The notes under the pieces were generated by a model. That model had not been told where the DNA came from, did not search any database, and saw only the letters and a program-made list of their open reading frames with translations. The translations under genes and the position numbers were made by a program. Shown here piece by piece: positions 45,895 to 64,000 of a stretch of 64,000 nt of DNA; position 1 is the stretch's first letter; each line of letters opens with the position of its first letter. Where the stretch lies: assembly GCA_012295275.1 (NCBI GenBank), contig CM022674.1:16864001-16928000 (forward strand), read 5' to 3'. The stretch is from Chrysomallon squamiferum (taxonomy: Eukaryota; Animalia; Mollusca).

Positions 45895-47838
45895 ATGACA
45901 AATGTCGTGCTTCCTCTAAAATCTTCCAAGTCAATTTTTAGATCGTAGTAACCCTGTCTGGTCAACCGATGTATGTTTTCATTGCCTGGCAAGATAAATC
46001 AGACAGATAATCGATAAATACTTCGTTCAATGAATAAGCATATATCGAGATATTTATCTAATTTTTGTTTGTCTGTTTCCTTCTTCGCTTGTTTCTTTGT
46101 TTCTTTCCTTCTTTCACTCTTTTATCTGGATTCACTGCTTTTAACAATATTGTTCTTTTTGTTGTTGTTGTTGTTGTTTTTGTGTTCTGTTTTTGATCTT
46201 ACTCATTCACAAACATACGCAGATACATACATGCACATATATACACACACACAATTTTTGTAGATGGCAAAATGTCGTGCTTCCTCTAAAATCTTCCAAG
46301 TCAGTTTTTAGATCGTAGAAACCCTGTCTGGTCAATCGATGTACGTTCTCATTTCCTGGCAATACAAAAATCAGATCGATAATCGTTCAATGAACCATAA
46401 AATATCGAGATATTTTATTGTATTTTATTTATTATTATTTGTTTTATTCTTATTATTATTCTTATTACTATTATCATCATCATCATCATCATCATCCTCA
46501 TAATCTTCAAATGTGCATTAAGTTATTTTTAAAGGAATACATTTCGTTTTTACTTTTCTTCTTAATGATTCTCTTTCGTATATGTCGACATACACAAACA
46601 CACACACACACAAATACACACACACAAACACACACATTCACACCTTTTGATACATTATATTTGTGATTCCATCCCTTAACTCACTTTTTTATGAATATTT
46701 TCATTATTAATCATTAATTACTTACCTAGCCAGAATTCGTTAGTTAATGAACCAAATCCGTCTCTGTATTCTTGCCACATTCTGTAGAAATTATCTGATC
46801 CGTCCGTCCGTCTCTGAAATACCTAAACATCAAAAGAAGAATAGAAAAGAATTAGTTAAAAAGACAAAAATAGTTCGACACACAATAAAACGCACATCAA
46901 TAAAGCGAAGCGAAAAGGAAGAAAACAGAAAAAACAGAGAGAAAAAACCCAATAACAATGGATGAAATGAAAAAATAGTAGAATTCATAAAGCCGATTCC
47001 TGACTGTCGTGTAGGACATGGTTCTCAATGCTAAGCACTGTTGGTTTAAAGATGTGGTTGAGACTCATGATCGACATCTAACAAGTCTCAACAATTCTCT
47101 CTCCTCTCTTATTGTTGTCTTACAGGGTTTCCCATGTCTTCTACGATCTTTAGAAACCTGTTATGGACGCTCTGTGTTTTGTTTAATAGTCTTGAAATGA
47201 TGGATATACTGCGTCCAAGTTAACATTCGAATAGTTTGATGAGAATTCCTGCATCTCTCATGCCAATCAGTTGCCACATTGTAGTCTCACAACGTACAAC
47301 GTGCCAATTCACTACAGTTGTGGTTCTGAATATTCGGAGCAAACTGACAAGTCAGAAAGTAATCACTATAAACTTGATTACTGTTTACATCAACAAAACA
47401 ATATTTTTTTTTTCTAAATATAGATATGAACTGTTTACAGATAATTTTAATATACAGTTATATTAATCGATTATTTTTATTGTTATTGTTCTGGTTGTTT
47501 AGAATTATATACATTTATTTTAGAAATGAAATAGAATTGTATGTATTTGGTTATTTATATATTCATTCATTCATTCATTTATTTTACTTTTTGTTACTTT
47601 GTTTAATTTTTTAAAATTCTTCTTATCATTAGTATGATTTCTGTTGTTGTTGTTGTATTTATTTCAAATTACCTGCTCTTTTCTTATATTTTTCTAGTGA
47701 TAAGTGATAAAAATTATCTTCTCCAGTTATAAAGACATTTTTGTAGACAGAAAAAGTCGTGTTTCCTTCAAAATTTTCCAAGTCAATTTTCAGGTTGTAG
47801 TAACCCTCACTGATCAACCGATGTATGTTCTCACTTGC
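45895..47838 (-). pseudogene. Further inverted FReD fragments (exon 4 x3, exon 3 x1)
   Basis: Partial exon 4 at about 45895-45985 and 46255-46355. Exon 3 at about 46726-46822 (reverse complement [33 protein letters not shown]). Exon 4 at about 47673-47838 (ENIHRLISEGYYNLKIDLENFEGNTTF). Confidence 0.8.
46990..47400 (-). mobile_element. Tc1 transposase remnant (inverted copy; shorter piece at about 44005-44130)
   Basis: Reverse complement matches 9990-10350 and lies next to the same exon 4/intron 4 sequence. Confidence 0.72.
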
Positions 47839-48059
47839 TGGCAAGATAAATCAGATTGATAATCGATAAATCCACTGTTCAACGAATGGACATTATATTT
47901 GTTTGTATGATCTGTTTTCACTGATTTTACCAAAATGATGTTGATTTTTCGCTCATTTTCTTAATCACCCACACGCACATAAACGCACACACAAACACAC
48001 AAACACACATCTTTTGATATATTATATTTGTGAACTCACCCACTTAACCTACCAACGTT

Positions 48060-48570
48060 ATGCACAGTTCTTGATTTTATACCGTCGTACATATTAATTG
48101 TTTTTCTGAAACATTTCCCATTAATATCGTAACTTAATAGTTTTTGTCATGAAGCAAAAGGTCAAACACAATCAAAGGCTTCTTCAAAATCTCTAAAAAC
48201 ACAGTACATACTTTTACCTGTTTAAATATACTGGAAATAAAAAATGTGAAAATTCTCTCCTTGGCTTATTCCAATATTGCGAAAAAAATATTCTGATACA
48301 ATTCTTGATTTTATACCGTCGTATATTTTAAATATTATTCTGAAACATTTCCCATTAGTATCTTGATTTTTTTGCCATAAATGAATAGGCCCTACAGATT
48401 CAAACACATTTTGAAAATCGATAAAAGAATAGTATATATTTTTTTCGTTCTCTTTACTAATTCAAATAAAGTTTGTACTACAAAAACGTTATCAGTTGTA
48501 GAGTAATCTTATCGAAAGCCAGACTGACTTTTTCCCAGTAATTCAACTTGATCAGGGAAAAACGTTAGAC
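48060..48570 (-). mobile_element. LINE RT fragments (two partial copies)
   Basis: Reverse-strand GKCFRIIFKIYDGIKS..NIGISQGEN and DFEEAFD-like motif; GFR.DYSTTDNVF near 48485-48520. Confidence 0.7.
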
Positions 48571-49182
48571 AACAAGATGATGATGATGCGACGATATTGA
48601 CGATGAAATTAATAAGAAAAATAATCAGAAAGATGTAAATATGAAAAACGTAAATCATTAATTATTGTTACTGTTCTGTCAAAGAGATGGCTATAACTTA
48701 TTTAATAATGATCATTTATGTTACTGTGGTTGTACTGAAGATTTTAGAAACCGATTCTTCCTACGCTTTATTTAAATATATCTATGTACCCATCCATATA
48801 GACTATTATACTTACATTAATAACCTACCTACCTACTTAAATATCTTCACACATGTACACATACGTACGTACTTGCAGAGACACATATTTACGTATGTAG
48901 TGACATCATACCGACAACCACACATACATAGTTTTATACGTACTTAATACATTATCTGTACACACATTATATACATATATGCATACATATATATATACAA
49001 AAATGCATGAATATAGACATACATATATTCCAATTCTCTATTTAGAAGACCAATACTCTAATTAAATTATTTTATAGAGATAACTGGAATATTCTAACAC
49101 ATAAAATAAATAGTATGAAATAAATAATTCACTTGTTTTCGTGTTAACTTAATACTCATTAGTAAAAAAAGCATAAACCTGT

Positions 49183-49930
49183 ACAAGTGTGTTTGAGTCT
49201 GTGGATATGGGGTGGGTAGTTCGATGGATATATTGGTTCATAGATCTAAAGAGGGATTGTTGAAATCCTGCAAAGTAAAGAATTGTTTTATTTTTAAACA
49301 GTATACACTTACAAATATATTAATAAAATAAAAGAACAGTAACAGCAACAAAAGCAAAAAAAGAACTGCAAAAGAAATTAAAAACAAATAAACAAAATAT
49401 CCACATAAACAATCCCTAGCAACAAAAACCAATAATCATACAGCAACAAAAATACCAAAACAGAACAAACCTTACGCCCAAAACCAATATCTGAAGCAAG
49501 ACAGAAAGAAACAAGAAATCAAGCAGAGGCAGAAGCAAAAGGAAGATATGAGAAATTCTGCTAGTTCAGCAAGCGTAGATATTAAGTTTTTAAAGACGAA
49601 CAAATCATAATTCAAATGATCATTTCCCTGACGACTATTAAACGAATAAACAATTCTGTTCGGCTACTATTTCTTTCAGTTGAATTCAAAGAATCAATAC
49701 GAATTACACAAAAACCCATAATCACTGCATTATTAATTACATTACCCATATTCATTGTAACATCAAAAACTAGTTTGCCAAATCTGACTACCATACTATT
49801 TGGCTTCTGTATGTTTCGGCTGAAGTGAGACATGCTGCAGGAGTTCTTAAAAAGGTTTTATGTAACACAGAATGAACTATTTCTGTTCTGGACTGTCACA
49901 CGGTTAATATATTCGATATGCTCAGTTCAG
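49183..49930 (+). repeat. Segmental duplicate of window positions 1-765 (FReD upstream region)
   Basis: Near-identical sequence and matching spurious ORFs (453-665 vs 49616-49828). Confidence 0.9.
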
Positions 49931-51070
49931 TAGTGACAAAGTCTTGGAAACATTAATAGAAGAAATTAATAGTTTATTTGGCCGTGTGAAATAACGATTA
50001 AAATCTCTTATATAATTAGGTTAATTTTCTTGTGAACAGAGATACATGAAACAGATATCGTTTATAATCAAAAAGGTGTATTGGATAATTCTGTGTTTTA
50101 GTATTTCATTACAAATTCTTTACTCATTAACTTTTTAATCATATGCAAACAATCTTTGATTTGTTTTTGAATACTTTTTTCAAAAGTCTGTTTTAAATCA
50201 CTCAATAATAATGATTTTTGTGAATAAGAAATATTTTTAACTTTTGCATCAAGTGTTGCGTTTGTTTATTATTTTCTAATGGAGAGAAGTTAAAACCAGC
50301 TCAATATGTAGTGTTCTGACATTTTTGGTTGGAAGCTTCAATAGAAGATGTTCTAATTTAAATTTGTCTTTAAATATTCTATTGTTAATTCCTTTAGATG
50401 ACTCACCTTTATATCTATTCTATTTTTATGAGAATTGATGAGATATAATTCTTACTGCATGTTTCTACCACAAATCATTTACTTGGACACATGATTATAT
50501 GCAACATAAACACATTCATCTAGTATACTTTTTCACAGAAGATAATTAACACTTGATACAGCATTTACATTACAGTTGTACGATGACATGTAGAGTACAC
50601 CAAGAAATGTGTATGGTGTATTTAATGTAATGATTGTTATTGTAACACATACAGACAACTGATATCTTTCTAATTCTCCTAAACCAAATAATGTTTCAGT
50701 TAACAAACACTATTGAATTAACAATTATTTATTCACTATATTCATAAATAAATTATAATTTATTTTTACTGAGTATAGAGGTAAAAAAGATCTTATTTCT
50801 CTGAATATTTGAATTTATGGTCTTTCAGATTGCTGTATATGCAAATTTAATATTTGTAAATAAAATGAATTTGCTTTTAATGCATATAAATACTTGCTGA
50901 TATCATTTTTAAATAATAAGAATTAATTTTTAATGTGTACCATGTTTTATTTATAAATATATATAAAAATAGTTTTGTTGCATTCGATAGATACTGGTCT
51001 GATATTTATAAGCATAACAACATACTTTTATTTTCATGGTATATAATTTACAAAATTTCATATTTATAAA

Positions 51071-51110
<40 letters not shown>

Positions 51111-51209
51111 AGCATCAAAAGTAACATTTAAACCAAAATGAGTTTGATGTAAATAAAAAGAATAACATTAATTTATTTATATATTTATGTAAACAATTTT
51201 TTTTTTTAA

Positions 51210-59858
<8,649 letters not shown>

Positions 59859-60922
59859 AGACAAACAAATAATTAATGGTTTGGCCAAGCTGAAGTTCTT
59901 GTTCGACATTTTAACATGTGGAATTGATTGTAAACACGTCGGAGGAAATTGCTGATTAAGAAACTACAGGTTTAAAATTGTTAGTTTAACTTACATGGTT
60001 GTATATTGTTTTCTTACTGTTTTGAAATGATTTATATACAAGTTGTGAATCAGAACATTTGTTTTTCTTCTTCTTTTATTACAGAAACAATAATACTCTT
60101 TTTTTTAAATTATTTTATTCTACATTAAATTGCTCAGTGCATTTAAATATTTCTTGAGTATTATTTTATATTTTTGTTGATGTCCAATCTTAATTAATAA
60201 TTAAGTATAACAACATAACACAGGGTGTAACATTGGTTTGAAATACATATTCATTTCTAACATTATTTCATATAATTTTATTGTCATACTTTGTTAGATG
60301 CAATGATAGATGAACCAATACAATAAATTAATATCATATAAATATACAGAATGTATGTTTCAGTGTATTCATGTATGAATATATATACTTTATGTCTGTT
60401 TTTATGTGCAAACTAATATATTTTTTGACTGTTTATTTGTAATTATATGTATCAAATGTTTTGCACCAGCTGGTAAAATCTTTATATAAATTCCTTTGAT
60501 CAGATGTATATTTAATTAGATGTGATTTGTTTAATATTGTCATTATACAATTAATTATGATCACTGTATTATGCATTTGTACACAATAATTATTAACATG
60601 TATATTATAATACCATTACTTTATCAGTGGCTGTGTTATAATATCTGTATGTATTTATACCATTTTAAAGAAAAACAACCCCAAAACCACAATATTCTTA
60701 AAATAAAAAGTTTTCTGTCACACGCAAGATTTATATTATCAAAGATGTTTATAATTACGTGTGATAATTTTGAGTGTACTTGAAATAAGATTATTTTTCT
60801 GTCATATGTTGCAATGTTCTGCAAGAATTCATTGAAATAAATCACAGTAATCAGTGAATGGAGTTACATTGAAAATGTTCTTTAGAAAATTACGTCATGT
60901 GAATCCACATTTTGTGTACAGG

Positions 60923-60989
<67 letters not shown>

Positions 60990-61639
60990 CGTGTGTGTGT
61001 GTTTGTGTGTGTGCTTTGATGTGTCTATATATATATATATGTATGTATGTATGTTTGTATGTATGTGTGTGTGTCTGTATATTTGTGTATATATGTCCTT
61101 TAGTGGGATCCGAGGAGGACCGGATGGGAAACACTGCGTTAACGTAATAAGTGTAAACAATAGAAAATATGAAGACCTACATTGCATGGCAGATATTTTT
61201 ATTGTGTGCAGTGTTAGCTTATGTTTTCCATGATAAGAATTTATGTTATTTACACAGTATATAAGTTAGCTTTGTTTCTACTGTTTTGTTTAAAGGTAAA
61301 TATTCGTGGTTTACACTGTAGTTGGATATATAAAAATATAACGTTGTTCTTATTGTCATATGTTAACATAAATATAACTTTGTTTATTTTTCCAATAGCT
61401 TATCGTAGAATATAACTTGTTAATTTTTTCAATAAATCTTTAGAATATGTTTAATAGTTTTACTGTTAATCCAAAATTTATCAATATTTGTTTTATTTTT
61501 TGCCCTTTCCCGCTAATAATGCTTGTCCCAGTTCATCGAATACTGCAGGTATGTAATAAATATTTTAGGAAAATGTCTAAGTGAATTATACCGTACTAAC
61601 CACTGGGAGTGATGTGTACTCAAGGACCGTCTGTTGGTG

Positions 61640-61692
61640 ATAGGTCACGTGACATTGGCAACGGAGTGCGCCTCAAAATGAACGAGGTAGGT
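61640..61692 (+). promoter_or_regulatory. Putative promoter and first coding exon of a downstream gene
   Basis: Palindromic GTCACGTGAC at 61644-61653, ATTGG at 61654-61658, then caaaATGAACGAG|gtaggt (ATG 61678, donor 61687); CpG-enriched. Confidence 0.45.
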
Positions 61693-62419
61693 GATTATTT
61701 TTTCGAGTTCTGGCCTTAAATCAATAAATCTTGAAAACATTTATATTATCACCTACTTCAAGTTTAGTCTATTAGTGTCTTTATTCAGTTTTAAAACATC
61801 TAATGTGTGTATTGTATTTAAAGAACGGCCCACGAGAATCAGCTGGTAGTCATACTTTTCTGCAAACCCAAGTGTTACATTATTCAGTTTAATTATTAAT
61901 GCATTTAATATTAAATAGAAATTTTTATGTAGATATTAACGAGAATAATTAGTATAAATGCTTGTAAATTTTGGTTCAAGGATCCAAGAACATCGGTCTA
62001 GTCTCAGTGAATGCGCTGTGCAAATTGCTGCTGACTTAGTGCTGGTGACCACCGTGTTATACTGTGATAACATACCACAAAAGTAACTGATTTAATCGAT
62101 TGGTTTGATGCAGAGTACACAAAAAGGACCACTACGACTATCTCATAATGTTTACAAAACGTTCAATAATGATTGTAGAAACCAGAACAGTACTATGCAC
62201 TGCAGACAACTCTGTGACGACTGATCAGATGAGAAAAAAATCTTGACTTAAGTCAGAAAATGCTGAAATGAAAAAAGTGTTCAACTGGTATAGTCACCAA
62301 AGACAACATCAAAGACACGGTTGATGTATATAAAAAGAGTAATGTATTGTTTCGAAGTTACAAAGGTATGGAACAGAGGATACCATGTACTCCTGATAAC
62401 CGAACACACTTATTATGAT

Positions 62420-62491
62420 ATACCGGGGAGCGAAACCAGTACCTACCAGCCTGTTAGCAAATAGCTTAACCACTGCGCCAACAAGGCCGGT
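62420..62491 (-). mobile_element. tRNA-derived SINE head
   Basis: Reverse complement accggccttgttggcgcagtggttaagc...ggtactggtttcgctccccgg has an A box (TGGCGCAGTGG) and a degenerate B box, without a full cloverleaf. Confidence 0.6.
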
Positions 62492-64000
62492 ATTATCATT
62501 GTCATCTGTAACTACATGTATAATTTCTTCGTTTAATAAAATGGCCATACTTGATACTTTAGCAAAAATCGCACCCTAACTACGTTTTTGTTTCGTTGAT
62601 TGATTACTCTACATTAAGATTGTGTCATGATGTGTGCGTAGGTTATGCATATTCATTTTTATTATGAAATGTCCTGTCGGATTCACTCTTGAAATTGTTG
62701 AATTAGATTTAGAAGCCTATAATTCATCCAAAAAGATATAACATTACATATTGATATACATTCATTTTATTTTACTTTATTTATTATTTAAACATTTAAG
62801 TGATCACCATTTGGATCAATCTGGAAGAGCGAAATGAAAACCCAAAATAAATCGCTCGTCATTCACACCATTATCTTGGCAGCTGGGCGAACACTTGGAG
62901 TGAAGTCTGAATGACATCGTTTTAACGAATCGAAGATTACATAACACATTAGAGAAGGAATAGACTGTTGTAGATGAGATACTAATAATCACCGTCATGA
63001 AATCGTGTCTGAACATTTATTGTGTTTTAAGACTAACAGACGTTTGTGAACAGCAATAACGTGTCAGCTCCTGGCCACTTTTTTTGTGAATACAAAATAC
63101 TTTTAACTTTTGAATCAAGTGGTACTTGTGTTTATTAATAACCAATGGAAAGAAAGTGAAACTAGTGTAAAATAAAAGTATTTATTCACAATATTTGTGA
63201 ATGCGATGTTGCAGTTGAAGTTTACTCCTGTTTTATATCCACAAGCGGATTTCCTTAAGTGGCGGAGACTTTAAGACTGTCAATGTGGAAAATCCTGGAT
63301 GCTCTGATTCTTCCAGGAAACTCTCCAGAAGTCCATCTGTCTCTGTCTCTGTTACTATGTGAATGAAACCTGTTTAGAAGCCTAAATAAAATTAATTATG
63401 AAATTTTAATTCGCAGTTAGTGCCTGCATATACTTATATAACATAACGTTGTTTTACAAATTTAAGCTTACTTTAAACTGATACAGCACCAAAAAAGGAA
63501 ACCGTTGATAAACCATACATCATTTGCTGCAGAATCATCTGCAGAAAATAAATATTTTCCAGGTATTATAAAATACAGATTTTTCGGAATGTGTGAGTTT
63601 TCAAGGAATCCACTAATCAGTGTTCGTTTCGACATATCACTGAAGATGTTAGTAATTGTAGTTATTAGCTACACCAAATTTAAGACCCTACAAATCGTAA
63701 CAGGGTATAAGCAGACCCTATTCGTAATATCAGGGTTTAGGCAGCACACATTCAAATATTCATGGTTTCTTATATCGTAAGATTCATTTGACATCACGAT
63801 CTTCTGTCCTAAGCTTAACTGTTCACCGATAAGCATGGCAAGTTTTGAGCAATCTTCACCAACGTTTTTACTCTGGAATTCAGAAAAGCCCTTTTGAGCT
63901 ATATGTAATACTGTACACTTAATTCGTATATTCTATCTTTATTTATTTTCTGCTGGTTATGTCATATGTATTTAAGCAATCCTTTCCATTTAATCGAAAA

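Noticed and set aside
62420-62491. tRNA gene
   Set aside because: A and B boxes are present but there is no acceptor stem or complete cloverleaf; better explained as a SINE head.

Overview
AT-rich, microsatellite-dense eukaryotic (invertebrate, probably molluscan) genomic DNA with spliceosomal introns and one 200-N assembly gap (33221-33420). Almost all ORFs in the supplied track are repeat noise, so the real genes were reconstructed exon by exon. (1) A cluster of genes for a secreted signal peptide + PAN/Apple + fibrinogen C-terminal (FReD) protein. One copy is intact with 5 exons (13242-15781, 323 aa); at least 7 others are broken, truncated or inverted. (2) A 14-exon single-pass receptor kinase gene (21588-32653, about 602 aa once two 1-nt homopolymer deletions are corrected). 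Its ectodomain looks like a mannose-6-phosphate-receptor-homology (MRH) domain. Its TKL/tyrosine-kinase-like domain has a Src-like HRDLRxxN catalytic loop and a Cys-rich activation segment. A 5'-truncated duplicate lies at about 51.2-59.9 kb. (3) Remnants of LINE, Tc1, Ginger-like, MITE and SINE elements, several sitting at rearrangement breakpoints. The best candidate for an undescribed system is the MRH-like receptor kinase physically linked to a rapidly turning-over PAN-FReD cluster, a possible innate-immune or glycan-sensing module. Domain calls are from motif recognition by eye; no database searches were run.
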